From the NCBI GenBank assembly GCA_965207145.1, contig OZ242262.1, positions 1,352,827-1,416,826 of the forward strand: a stretch of 64,000 bases of DNA. The letters run 5' to 3'. The translations under genes were made by a program, and so were the position numbers. The stretch is from Dehalococcoidia bacterium (lineage in GTDB: Bacteria > Chloroflexota > Dehalococcoidia > Lucifugimonadales > UBA2962). Shown one piece after another: positions 47,954 to 58,421 of this stretch (the stretch's first letter is position 1; each line of letters opens with the position of its first letter). Below the pieces are notes generated by a model that saw only the letters and a program-made list of their open reading frames with translations, searched no databases and was not told the DNA's origin.

Positions 47954-49069
47954 TCAGCTGTCATCCGCTGCATCGCCCTTGCGGTCCCGGTCACTTGAGT
48001 CCCGACGCTCCATCTCGACAAGGGCCTTCTTGCGGGATGGTCCCCAGCGGTACCCGCCCAGGCTGCCGTCCATACGAAGAACTCTGTGGCAGGGAATGAC
48101 GAGCGCCACAGGGTTAGAGGCGCAGGCCTGGCCAACGGCGCGGCCAGCTGTGGGCTGGCCTATTGCCCCGGCCAATTGCTGGTAGGTAAGTGTCTGACCA
48201 GGTGGGATGCCCTTCAGTTTTCGCCAAACCTTCCATTGAAAGACCGTAGCTCGCACGTCCAGTGGCAGGTCTAAGTCCAGCCGGTCGCCATCCAGATACT
48301 CCAAGATAGTTTTGGCCCAGCCCCGCAATCCGTCGCATTCCAGGTCGTCTTCGCTTGACCCAATGGGAATAACATCTGCAGCTGGAAACTCGCCTCTAAG
48401 TTCGCATATCAGCTCTTCGGCATCATCTCCTAGTTTGACCGCGCATACCCCTTTGGAAGTTCCCGCAACCAGCAATTCGCCCAGCACCGAGCCTGTGACA
48501 ATGTATCGAATCACGGCGCCTGAGCCTCCCTTAAGGTAAGTGGCCGGAGTCATGCCGAGGTTCTCCACGGCCTTTTCGTATGCGCGGCTGGAAGATCCGT
48601 AGCCGGCGTCGTACAGGGAATCGGTAACGCTCGCTTTGTCCCGAAGCGTGAGCTTGAACCGTCTCAGTCTCTGCACTCGGGCGTACTGCATCGGAGTGAG
48701 GCCGGTCTGTTGCCTGATTGCGCGGCGAAGTACACGAACTCCAACTCCCGAAGCCTCGGCGAGTTCTGCCACTGATGGCAGGGTGCCGTCGTGCTCAATC
48801 TGCTCGTCAATGTAATCGCCCGCACGCCGGAGCACCTCTGAATCTCTGCACGGACGATCGGGCTGGCACCGCTTACAAGCCCGGTAGCCTGCGTCCCTGG
48901 CCTCTTCCGGACTGGAGAAAAAGACCGCCTGAGACTGGCGGGGTCGGCGACTGGGACAACTGGGCAGGCAGTAGATGCCCGTTGAGCGCACGGCGTAAAC
49001 AAAGCGGCCGTCAAAGCTGGCATCTCGCGTCAGCACCACTGTCCACATGTGCTGGGGGTCCAGCACCAT
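47954..49069 (-). CDS. ada: Bifunctional Ada-like regulator/methylated-DNA-protein-cysteine methyltransferase
   Basis: Ada Zn domain 'FVYAVRSTGIYCLPSCPSRRP...YRACKRCQP', an AraC-type HTH, and the C-terminal MGMT active site 'IPCHRVL'. Confidence 0.85.
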   Translation of the reverse strand: MVLDPQHMWTVVLTRDASFDGRFVYAVRSTGIYCLPSCPSRRPRQSQAVFFSSPEEARDAGYRACKRCQPDRPCRDSEVLRRAGDYIDEQIEHDGTLPSVAELAEASGVGVRVLRRAIRQQTGLTPMQYARVQRLRRFKLTLRDKASVTDSLYDAGYGSSSRAYEKAVENLGMTPATYLKGGSGAVIRYIVTGSVLGELLVAGTSKGVCAVKLGDDAEELICELRGEFPAADVIPIGSSEDDLECDGLRGWAKTILEYLDGDRLDLDLPLDVRATVFQWKVWRKLKGIPPGQTLTYQQLAGAIGQPTAGRAVGQACASNPVALVIPCHRVLRMDGSLGGYRWGPSRKKALVEMERRDSSDRDRKGDAADDS

Positions 49070-49797
49070 CGGCTCAGTGCGTAGAGTCTCTATTTCAGTG
49101 AACCTCCATCAGGGATGAGGAAGCCATGTGTGAGGAAAGGATTGCACCTAACCGGGGTGTTGGGTCGACTGTCCCGATCTGCAAGGCGAGTCGAGGCGGT
49201 CATTGGGGTCCGAGGCCTGGGTCGGCGACAGTCTCCTCGGTCGTCGGTAGTTTCGGCTGAATGACGGCGACGATCACGCTGGAGATGGACCCCCGGGCGA
49301 GCATCCCCAGCCCCGACACAACGCTGCATATCATGAGTCGGTTCATCAGAGTTTTCCCGCTACCGTTCGTCAAGCCGGCCATCTGGCTTCTGGCAGAGCA
49401 CGCGCATTGATCATCGATCAGTAGGGTGTTTCCCTCCCTTCCTAAACTTCCTACGCTTCCAATATTGGCCGCTGCCCGGTCGCTAAGCTATCCGCTTTCG
49501 TTCTTCAAACTCTCAGTCTAGGCGTTCCGCTGTCGTTAGGTTGCCAACCTCAACCCCGGGAAAGGTCACCAGCTCATTTCTTCAACGCCTGAGCTGTGAT
49601 TCTCCGGGTTTGACCTCCGCTCTCGGGCCGAGTCGAGATCAACTCATGGATACCTAACTGACAGGCACGACGAGCGTTAGCAGTTAGGGATGATTTCGCC
49701 CGATGACAGTCGACCCACCTGCCCCGCCGGGAGTCTTGCAGGCCCTTCCCGGCAACCAGCGTTCACAGAGATGCAAGAGGACGGTTAGGCTAGCTGG

Positions 49798-52700
49798 ATG
49801 CGATTTCTAACCGCTGCCGCCATAAAGAGGCGGACGGTCACCCTCTTCGCCGTCGTGCTCGTGCTCGCAGGCGGCGTCTTCGCCTATAACTCCCTCAAGG
49901 TCGGACTCTTCCCGGAGATCGAGTTTCCCCTTGTTGCCATCACCGCCTCTTACCCGGCCGTCGACCCCGAGGGCGTCGTGCGCGATGTCACCGCCCCGAT
50001 CGAGAGGGCGATCTCGGGCACCGACGGGCTCGAGTCGATCCGCTCTACGAGCTTTGAGGGTAACGCGATCGTGCTGGCCACCTTCAGGTACGGCACCGAC
50101 ATGCCGAGCGCGGAGGCGCACATAGAGTCAGCGGTCGCCGGCATATCGTTCCCGCCCGGCGTCGACAGCCCCTCGGTCGGCCGATTCGATCCCGACCGTT
50201 TCCCCGTGCTGAGCTTCAGCGTGGCCTCCAACAACGGGCTGGAGGAGGCGGCCAACGCGGTGCGTACGCGCATCCTGCCGGAGATCTCGGCCATCGAGGG
50301 CATCATGGATGTCGAGGTCATCGGCGAGGTCGAGCGACAGGTGCGCGTTTCTGTGGACCCGGACCTCTTGAGCGCCAGCGGGATACCCCTCCCGCAGGTG
50401 ATCGGGGCCATCGGAGAGAGCAACGTGTCGGTGCCGTCCGGCCTCGTGCGCGGTAACGAATTGACCTTGCCGGTGAAGACCGAGAGCACCGTCGGCTCGG
50501 TCGAGGACATCCGCGGCATTCCGGTCGGGGCCTCGCCCTCCGGCCCGGTCACCCTCTCCGATATAGCGAGCGTTGAGCTCACGGACGCGGTCCCGGCAAG
50601 CATCTACCGCGCCAACGGCAGCGCGGCGATAGGAGTGTCGATAATAAAGAGCCCCGAGGCCAACACGGTCGAGGTAACGAGCTCGGTGCGGGAAGTACTC
50701 GACGAGATGGCCGTGGCCATCCCGGGCCTTGAGATCGTCGTTGTCGCCGACCAGGGGCCGCAGATCCAGGGCCAGATCGATTCCCTGCTGACCGAGGCGG
50801 CCTTCGGCTTCCTGTTCGCTGTCTGCGTCGTGTTCGTATTCATGCTCACCATAAGGCCGACGGTAATCCGCGGGCTTATGGCAACGCTGCGTCCGACGAT
50901 CGTTATCGGTCTGACGATCCCGCTCAGTGTCCTTACCGCCGTGCTGCTGATGGCTTGGCAGGATATGTCGCTTAACTTCATGACGCTTGGCGGGCTGACC
51001 ATATCCGTAGGGAGGGTGGTCGACGACGCCATAGTGGTGCTCGAGAACGTCTACCGGCACATACAGGCCGGGAAGGAGCGGTGGAGGGCCGCCCTGGAGG
51101 CCACGGTGGAGGTGGGTCCCGCCATCTTCACCTCGACTCTTGCAACGATACTGGTGTTCATTCCGCTCGGCTTCATAGAGGGCCTCGTCGGCGCCTTCTT
51201 CCTGCCGTTCGCCATAACGATCAGTCTCGCGCTGGCGGCCTCCCTCCTGGTTGCGCTGACCGCCGTGCCCGTGATGGCCGCTTACCTGCTGCGGCCCGGG
51301 GATCTTCCCGAGGGCGGGGTCGGGGACGAGATGACATTCGTCCACGAGACCTGGATGCAGCGAGCCTATACCCCGGTGCTGCGCTGGGCGCTTGGACACA
51401 AGGCCGTCACCCTGGCCGCCGCCGCCGCCGCGACCGCGGCGAGCCTCCTCCTACTGGCCGTCATACCGGTGACCCTGTTTCCGACCAGCGAAGACCGGGA
51501 CGTTGCGGTAGAACTGACCCTTCCCGCGGGAACGCCCATGGAGCGGACGCTCGCCGAGGTGGTCGCGATCGAGGAGCGCGTCCGCGGATTCTCCGATGTC
51601 TATACGGCCACGGTTGGAGCGACCGACCTGGCCTCAGGGGGCGCTCCGGGATCGTTCAACCAGGCGAGCCTGCTGCTTGATCTTGCCCCGGGGGCTCCGC
51701 AGAACCTGGCAGACGAGCTCAGGGAGGACCTGAGCAGGCCCGGGCTGCTGCTCCGGGTGAGCGAGATCAACCGCGGGCCCCAGACCGGGGGCGTCGAGAT
51801 CAGCATCTCGGGCCCGGACTACGGGGAGATCGCGGCCGTATCCGACGAGCTGATGGAGTCGCTGGCGAGCGTCGACGGCGTGGTCAACCTAGACAGCGAC
51901 GTTGCTTCCGCAAGGGACGAGCTATCCGTACAGGTCGATCCCGTGGCGGCCGGACGGCTGGGGCTCAGCGCCCGCCAGGTGGGCCTCCAGCTTAGCCAGT
52001 TCCTGGTCGGTCGTCCTGTGACGACGATCGAGATTGACGGTGTGACGACCGATGTTGTCGTCTCCGCAGACCGCAGCTCCCTGACCTCTCCGGGGGACAT
52101 CGGGCGCCTGGTCATCTCGGGCCCGCTTGGTTCTGCCGAGTTGGGCGCGATCGCCGAGGTCTCGCTGAACGAGGGGCCGGTCACCATAACGCGCACCGAC
52201 CTCCGGCGCTCAGCCTCCATCACAGGGGAGATCACCTCCACCGACACGCAGGCGGTCGGAAGGGAGATCGACGAAAGGATCGAGGCCCTCTCGCTCCCGC
52301 CGGGGGTCAGCGTGGTGAGCGGGGGGATATTCGCCGACATCGCCGAGGGATTCCAGGCGATCTTCTTTTCGATAGCCGCCGGGATCGTACTCATGTACCT
52401 GGTGATGGTGGCCAGCCAGGGCTCTCTGAGAAACCCCATCGTCATAGTCTCGAGCCTCCCGCTGGCCCTGATAGGGGTGCTCGTGTCGCTGGCGATAACG
52501 GGCCGCACGCTCGGACTGCCGGCGATGATGGGCGTGCTGCTGCTGGTCGGGATCGTCGTCACCAACGCTATCGTGCTGATCTCGTTCGTCGAACAGCTGC
52601 GGGCGGGAGGTATGCCGGTGAGGGATGCTCTCATCACCGGTGCCCGCGTCCGGCTCCGGCCCATACTGATGACGACGCTTACGACGAGCTTTGCCCTGTT

Positions 52701-52899
52701 GCCGCTTGCGACGTTCGCGGACAGCGAGGGTGGCCTGATCAGCGCGGAACTGGCCACCGTGGTCATTGGCGGCCTGATAAGTTCGACCGGCCTTACGCTC
52801 ATCGTGGTGCCGATCGTCTACTACCTCTTCAACGTCAGCATCCCGGGCGCCCTGAGGCGCGCCGGTTCCCGACTGGCACGCTCTGAGAGCCACGCATGA
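49798..52899 (+). CDS. RND-superfamily efflux permease (AcrB/HAE-like)
   Basis: 1033 aa. N-terminus 'FPEIEFPLVAITASYPA', a duplicated 6-TM plus large-loop topology, and 'VDDAIVVLENV'. No adjacent membrane-fusion or outer-membrane partner is present. Confidence 0.9.
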   Translation: MRFLTAAAIKRRTVTLFAVVLVLAGGVFAYNSLKVGLFPEIEFPLVAITASYPAVDPEGVVRDVTAPIERAISGTDGLESIRSTSFEGNAIVLATFRYGTDMPSAEAHIESAVAGISFPPGVDSPSVGRFDPDRFPVLSFSVASNNGLEEAANAVRTRILPEISAIEGIMDVEVIGEVERQVRVSVDPDLLSASGIPLPQVIGAIGESNVSVPSGLVRGNELTLPVKTESTVGSVEDIRGIPVGASPSGPVTLSDIASVELTDAVPASIYRANGSAAIGVSIIKSPEANTVEVTSSVREVLDEMAVAIPGLEIVVVADQGPQIQGQIDSLLTEAAFGFLFAVCVVFVFMLTIRPTVIRGLMATLRPTIVIGLTIPLSVLTAVLLMAWQDMSLNFMTLGGLTISVGRVVDDAIVVLENVYRHIQAGKERWRAALEATVEVGPAIFTSTLATILVFIPLGFIEGLVGAFFLPFAITISLALAASLLVALTAVPVMAAYLLRPGDLPEGGVGDEMTFVHETWMQRAYTPVLRWALGHKAVTLAAAAAATAASLLLLAVIPVTLFPTSEDRDVAVELTLPAGTPMERTLAEVVAIEERVRGFSDVYTATVGATDLASGGAPGSFNQASLLLDLAPGAPQNLADELREDLSRPGLLLRVSEINRGPQTGGVEISISGPDYGEIAAVSDELMESLASVDGVVNLDSDVASARDELSVQVDPVAAGRLGLSARQVGLQLSQFLVGRPVTTIEIDGVTTDVVVSADRSSLTSPGDIGRLVISGPLGSAELGAIAEVSLNEGPVTITRTDLRRSASITGEITSTDTQAVGREIDERIEALSLPPGVSVVSGGIFADIAEGFQAIFFSIAAGIVLMYLVMVASQGSLRNPIVIVSSLPLALIGVLVSLAITGRTLGLPAMMGVLLLVGIVVTNAIVLISFVEQLRAGGMPVRDALITGARVRLRPILMTTLTTSFALLPLATFADSEGGLISAELATVVIGGLISSTGLTLIVVPIVYYLFNVSIPGALRRAGSRLARSESHA

Positions 52900-53113
52900 T
52901 TAGGGGCGTGGCGGATTCGGCCATCAATGAACCCTCACTCTGGCCCACTCGCTATGCTCCGAGAGGTAAAGTGCGATTGGGCGGCTGAGTTTGACTCTGG
53001 TAGGGTCTTTGGCATGCGGGTGCTGACCGCGCCTGCGGAGGTGCCTAGATCGGTGCCCACTACCACTCCGGCTCGGATCTTCGAGCCCACTCAGGATGGA
53101 TTAGGGAACACTC

Positions 53114-53515
53114 ATGGAACCGCGCATCAGCATTGTCACTCTTGGCGTTACCAATCTGGCGCGCTCGGTCGAGTTCTACCGCGACGGCTTGGGGCTGCCC
53201 CTCCACGACGAAAACACAGAGTCCATTGCATTCTTCAGGTGCCGGGGCACCTGGTTGGCCCTATACCCCAGGGACGCCTTGGCCGAGGACGCCGGAGTTA
53301 GCACCGTGGGCAGTGGGTTTTCCGGCGTCACCCTGGCGCACAATGTGTCAACGCGGGAGGACGTAGATGCATTGCTGAAGACGGCGGTAGCCGCAGGCGC
53401 CACCCTGGTCAAGCCTGCTCAGGACACCTTCTGGGGTGGCTACTCAGGGTACTTTGCCGATCCGGAGGGCTACCTGTGGGAGATCGCCTGGAATCCCTTC
53501 TTCACGATTGAGTGA
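53114..53515 (+). CDS. VOC (glyoxalase-like) family protein, single domain
   Basis: 'ISIVTLGVTNLARSVEFYRDGLGL' and 'GYFADPEGYLWEIAWNP'. Confidence 0.8.
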   Translation: MEPRISIVTLGVTNLARSVEFYRDGLGLPLHDENTESIAFFRCRGTWLALYPRDALAEDAGVSTVGSGFSGVTLAHNVSTREDVDALLKTAVAAGATLVKPAQDTFWGGYSGYFADPEGYLWEIAWNPFFTIE

Positions 53516-53903
53516 CTGGCCTGCGCATGGCAACGCCCTTCCATTGGGAGACAGCGGTCGGCTGATCTACTCGTGAGGGCCCCCATCACGACGCCGGCCG
53601 CCGCCCAAGCAACGACGGTGATGGCGACGTGCTTGAGCTAGCCCCTGTCATCGGGGGTGTTCATCTACTCCAGTTCGGAGGCGGGCCTAAAGCACGCGCT
53701 TGTCCGGTACTCCTGATAGACCTCAGAGGTGAACTCCCCGGACTCCACCTGCGCATATGTCACGGGGGCCAGGTGTTCACAGGACGGTCCCGATTGGCAC
53801 GCCGAGCCTCACTGCCCCTACCATCTATGTTGGACCCTTGGGATGCGGGCGGACCTGGACGATCGTTCAAACTCCCGAGAGTCGAAAGTCAAGGAGGCGG
53901 GTT

Positions 53904-54698
53904 TTGCCTGCCAGCAACAGACGCGAAGAATTGTTCCGGCCGACCCAGTTTCCCCGGTCGGCGGGCTATGATCCGGACTGGGTTCTGGAAAACATGATGG
54001 GGCCGAATGCCCTGTGGCTGACGGAGTCCCTGGCTGGGTCCATGGATTTTGAGCCCGCGATGCGGGTTCTCGACATGGGCTGCGGCAAGGGGTTGAGTTC
54101 TATATTCCTGGCCAGGGAGTACGGGCTCCAGGTTTGGGCGACCGACTTGTGGATAGACGCCACCGACAACTTTGAGCGATTCCGCGCCGCCGGAGTTGAA
54201 GATAACGTGTTTCCCATTCATGCGGAGGCACATGCCCTGCCGTTCGCCGACGGGTTCTTCGATGCCATGGTGAGCGTGGACGCCTATCACTACTTCGGGA
54301 CGGATGACCTTTACCTTGAGAATCACATGGCCCGGCTGGTCCGGCCTGGCGGGCAGCTGGGGATTGTGGTTCCCGGTCTGGTTGAGGAACTCATCTCCGG
54401 GAAAGCACCGGCGCACCTGCGTCGATACTGGGAACCGGAATTCTTTAGCTTCCACAGCCCGATTTGGTGGAGACGTCACTGGGAACGAAGTGGGCTGGTG
54501 ACCATCGAGCTCTCCGATCTGATGCCTGAGGGCTGGAGGCACTGGATGGTGTCGGCATCGCTATGGTCGGAACGGCTAGGGAGGCCCGGTGGGGAGGCCG
54601 ACATGCTGGCTCTGGATAAAGGACAAGCCCTGGGGCTGACTCGCATGGTGGCCCGCAGAAACGAACGGCCGACGGCGCGGCTGGATGTCCTGCGGTGA
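53904..54698 (+). CDS. Class I SAM-dependent methyltransferase
   Basis: Motif I 'RVLDMGCGKGLSSIFLA' and 'FDAMVSVDAYHYF'. I place the start at TTG 53904 because AAGGAGG lies at 53891-53897. The longer listed ORF (53757) lacks an RBS. Confidence 0.75.
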   Translation: MPASNRREELFRPTQFPRSAGYDPDWVLENMMGPNALWLTESLAGSMDFEPAMRVLDMGCGKGLSSIFLAREYGLQVWATDLWIDATDNFERFRAAGVEDNVFPIHAEAHALPFADGFFDAMVSVDAYHYFGTDDLYLENHMARLVRPGGQLGIVVPGLVEELISGKAPAHLRRYWEPEFFSFHSPIWWRRHWERSGLVTIELSDLMPEGWRHWMVSASLWSERLGRPGGEADMLALDKGQALGLTRMVARRNERPTARLDVLR

Positions 54699-55211
54699 CC
54701 CACCGCCCGGGTAAGGGAGAAACCTGGCACGAGCCAGGATGGTGCATTTTCTGAATCGGCTTGCCGTGCGCAGAGTCACCTTTACAACCTTCATCGAACC
54801 GGCAAGAGATCGCTTTTGGCCAAGGACCCCTATCGCCCAGCAGAGTTTCGCAAAGAGGATTCCCTTCCCCAGCAACCCCGAATTACTTGCCACCAACGGC
54901 TAGTCCGCGAAGACAACCTGTGCACTTGGATTGGCCGTCCTTGAGCCTAATCTGAAGCCGCAAACCGCTCGGCCTCAGTTCGATACATGAATGCCAGGAA
55001 GATCGCCTAGAATCTCAACCAATGCGATTAGGATGGGCAATCAGCCGACTTGGAGTAGGGCGGACACGAAAGACTTCATCGCCGGAGGGGCGTTTCTGGG
55101 ACTCTTGCGACCGGCTAGCCAGCTCGACCCACATAAACAACGTGTAAGGTTTCCTGGGCCCCGATAGTCTTGGAGTGGATCAGGGCACTAGGCGCTAGAC
55201 CAGTGGCGGGC

Positions 55212-56327
55212 CTAGTCTGGATCTTCCACCTTTACCCCTTCTTCCGGCGCTTCTGACCTATTCCACTCCTGCGACAGCCACACCGCTATGTCCCTTGCGA
55301 CCGCAACTATCGGGGGGCCGATAATGATTCCCCAGATCCCAAAGTACTTTCCAGCGATCACGATCACGATGATCAGCCAGACCGGATGAATCCTGAGCGC
55401 ATTGCTCTGAATGCGTCCGGCCAGCAGCGTGTTCTCGAATACCTGCACCCCCAGGTACAGGAGGAACACCCAAAGGACCTTGTCCGGCGCGACCGCCAGC
55501 GTGACCAACACCCCGAACAGCCCGCCTATAAACGGCCCGAGAGTCGGCACCAACTCGGTAAGGCCGGCCACGAGGCCAAGGACAAACGCAAACGGTACGT
55601 CAAGGAGCACCAGACCCACCGTCACCATCACACCGACGATGGCGGCCAGGATGAGCTGGCCGCGGACGTAACCGCCCAGCGTCCTCTCGGCGATGTCCAG
55701 CAGGTCTCTCAGGTGAGGTTGAAGGTCCGGGGGGAACGGGGCATGCAGGCTGGCGCGTATCCGGGAGGAATCCTTGAGCAGCCCGTACACGATCACAGGT
55801 GCGGCCGCCAGGCTGAGGATGAGGGCAAAGGAGGTGGTAGCAGTCTCCACGGTCCTGGATACGAAGCTCCAGGCAACGTCGCCCAGCAGCCCGCCCGCGT
55901 CGTCAAGGTACTGCTGGATGCGGTCCTTGACATTGGCCGGGACGTCATCGGTGTAGCGGCCTATCCAGTCCTCGGCGGTTGCCCTGATGGATTCAACCAG
56001 AGTGGGAATCTCGCTGGCGAATCGACGGCTGTCCTCGACGATGGAGGGGATGATCGCGGCCAGGATGCCGGCGACGATGGCGATGGCGAGGATGTAGACA
56101 ATGACGATGGATACGGTCCGGCTGAGGGCGGGGCGGGCCTTTCTCCATGGCATGGCCCGTTCGATGAGGCGTACAGGGCCCATGAGCATGTAGGCGATGA
56201 TGAAGCTGATTCCGAGTGCAATGAGTGCCGTACCGAGCAGGTACAGCAAAATGAGTGCAAGGAGCGCCAGCGCGACCGCGACGAGCAGGAGTGTCTGCCT
56301 GCGGTCATAAGGCCAGCGTATTTTCAC
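55212..56327 (-). CDS. AI-2E family transporter (PerM/UPF0118)
   Basis: 8-TM pattern with 'ELVPTLGPFIGG' and 'NALRIHPVWLIIVI', typical of the family. Confidence 0.85.
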   Translation of the reverse strand: MKIRWPYDRRQTLLLVAVALALLALILLYLLGTALIALGISFIIAYMLMGPVRLIERAMPWRKARPALSRTVSIVIVYILAIAIVAGILAAIIPSIVEDSRRFASEIPTLVESIRATAEDWIGRYTDDVPANVKDRIQQYLDDAGGLLGDVAWSFVSRTVETATTSFALILSLAAAPVIVYGLLKDSSRIRASLHAPFPPDLQPHLRDLLDIAERTLGGYVRGQLILAAIVGVMVTVGLVLLDVPFAFVLGLVAGLTELVPTLGPFIGGLFGVLVTLAVAPDKVLWVFLLYLGVQVFENTLLAGRIQSNALRIHPVWLIIVIVIAGKYFGIWGIIIGPPIVAVARDIAVWLSQEWNRSEAPEEGVKVEDPD

Positions 56328-56771
56328 AATAGACCTCGGTGGTCAGCGTTCACCCTGAACGTACTTCCTTCTGCAAATCCGTAATTTCACGGAAATCAGT
56401 CTCGCGTATCGCTCCTTGGCTATAAGCCATGCCCGGAGCCCTCGACCTGCATGCTCTGGGGCGGGCCGCATATGGATATGCCGACTCGCACGACGCGCCA
56501 CGGTATTTGGGCTGCCTTCGCCGTGAAATTCTGCCGCGCGTAGCTCGGCTGGCGACGGATTTTACCGGAAGAGGGCAGCCGAAGGTTCGGGAACGACCGA
56601 CGCAGGACGGGATGTCTCTCAGGAAGACTGGCGTGAACTCGGAATCAGCGTGATCGAGGGAACAGACAGGTGACAACGCTCCTGCAGCACCGCCATAGGC
56701 TCCTTCCCCGAAGGTGCACAGAAACTCCACGTTCTATCCCGGTGGTAGGTACCTGGCGGCCAGTTGTCACC

Positions 56772-57089
56772 TCATCTGCCGCCCAACGGGGTCGCTTCTC
56801 GTCGCTGCACACGCTCTGCGATCCGCGGACCAGACTCGATTTCCGCCACGCGCAGCTCGAATGCTTTCTGAAGGTTCTGCCATAGTTGGGGCGTGGTGCC
56901 GAAGTACCGGGCAAGGCGAAGAGCCGTATCAGCCGTCACTCCCCTCTGTCCCTTCAGAATTGCCGTGATTCGATTCGTGGGTACATCAAGAGCCTTGGCG
57001 AGCGCGTTAGCCGACAACCCAAGCTCCTCGAGCTCCTCAGCCAATATCTCTCCGGGGTGGACCGGCCTCATTCCGTTGCTTGTACTCAT
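56772..57089 (-). CDS. higA: HigA-family antitoxin (XRE HTH)
   Basis: 'VHPGEILAEELEELGLSANALAKALDVPTNRITAILKGQRGVTADTALRLARYFGTTPQLW' is the canonical HigA pattern. The ATG at 57089 lies 10 nt after the higB stop. Confidence 0.85.
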   Translation of the reverse strand: MSTSNGMRPVHPGEILAEELEELGLSANALAKALDVPTNRITAILKGQRGVTADTALRLARYFGTTPQLWQNLQKAFELRVAEIESGPRIAERVQRREATPLGGR

Positions 57090-57099
57090 GTCCAACTCC

Positions 57100-57381
57100 T
57101 CATCGGTGGTAATCCACGACCTCCACGTCGTACGGTCCGTCATCTTCCCAGCGGAAGCATATTCGCCACTGGCGGTTGATCCGGATGCTGAACTGGCCCG
57201 TCCGGTTGCCGGAGAGAGCCTCCAGCCTGTTGCTGGGCAATCCGGCCAGATCTTGTAAGGAGGAAGCGTTGTCCAATACTGTGAGTCGACGCGTCGTCTG
57301 ATCAGCGAACCCATGGAAGGCCGGCACCAACTGGCCCTCAAAGAACCTCTCGGTTCTCCGATCTTTGAAGCCTCGGATCAT
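57100..57381 (-). CDS. higB: HigB-family toxin (RelE/ParE superfamily, plasmid maintenance killer)
   Basis: 'MIRGFKDRRTERFFEG...LPSNRLEALSGNRTGQFSIRINRQWRICFRWEDDGPYDVEVVDYH'. Confidence 0.85.
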   Translation of the reverse strand: MIRGFKDRRTERFFEGQLVPAFHGFADQTTRRLTVLDNASSLQDLAGLPSNRLEALSGNRTGQFSIRINRQWRICFRWEDDGPYDVEVVDYHR

Positions 57382-57477
57382 TGTAACGTCTTACGTAAAG
57401 AGTAAACAAGATTTTACCATGCGGGAGGAGGATCCGCGCGTGGGGGGCCTCGATCTGAAGTGCCCAGGCGTAAGCCC

Positions 57478-57963
57478 CTACCGTGGCCGATGACTGATCC
57501 TCAGTCTGTCGGTCGAATTCTCATTGACCACAGCTATAGGTGGTGACCATTTTGGATGATAGGCAGATGAGTGAGCGACCTGAGCCCACGCCAGAGCACC
57601 TACCGCGCCCGATGGTAGCGCCCAACAGACGAAGTGGAGGGCGTCGTGGCACCAGTGGATGGTGAAGTAAAGGTCCAGGGCACTCCCGACGGAGTCGAGA
57701 AGGAAGGGCAGGGTGATGAGAATACATATGGCCAAGGGGTATACCGCCCTTAGGCCAGAGAAGACCCAGACCGCAGGGACCGCCAGAGCGGCTACCGGAT
57801 ATGCGGCCAGTTGCTAGGGTAAGGTCTTGAGTTCGAACAGCTTCAGTCCGTAATAGGCTCCGAACGCCAGCAGAGCGACTGAGGCCGCCTTGAGGACAAG
57901 ACTGAACCAGGAGGCGATTACGCGGCGGGCAGAAGTGGTGGTCGATGGGAGTCCCAACGCCAT
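57478..57963 (-). pseudogene. Hypothetical 4-TM membrane protein gene interrupted by one in-frame TAG (57814-57816)
   Basis: Hand translation from ATG 57963 reads 'MALGLPSTTTSARRVIASWFSLVLKAASVALLAFGAYYGLKLFELKTLP*QLAAYPVAALAVPAVWVFSGLRAVYPLAICILITLPFLLDSVG...'. The frame stays hydrophobic and coherent on both sides of the stop. Confidence 0.45.
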
Positions 57964-58421
57964 CTTCCCAGGGTGCCGGATCGTCCGACGTAGCCGTTTA
58001 CTGGCAACGGTGCTGACGGCATGGTACAGGTGACCGACCGACCTCGAGCCCGCTTGGTAAAGGGATCAGGTGCTCTCCGGCTGTTCGGGCGCAAACTGAA
58101 CTATCAGGGAAACTCGGCGCCCCGTCCGCCATTCACGTGGTCTTGTCCCAGTCTTCGCGCCAACTGCAGTTAGTCATGAGGCGTACTGATCCACCCATTA
58201 GGGGTTTCGGTCCATGACGCCTCAATCGACTTGAGACATGGTGGGCAGCTGAGTGGAAACAACGCGCTGGGATGCGCAACTGTAGCTGACCTCGTTGTAC
58301 ATCTGCCTGTAGTGAGCCGCTAACACCTTCACCGACGGCATCGTGTAGAAGATCTCCCTATCCAATATCTCGTCCCTGAGCTTGCCGCTGCCTCTCCAAT
58401 GCCATCGACTATCCCGCTTCG

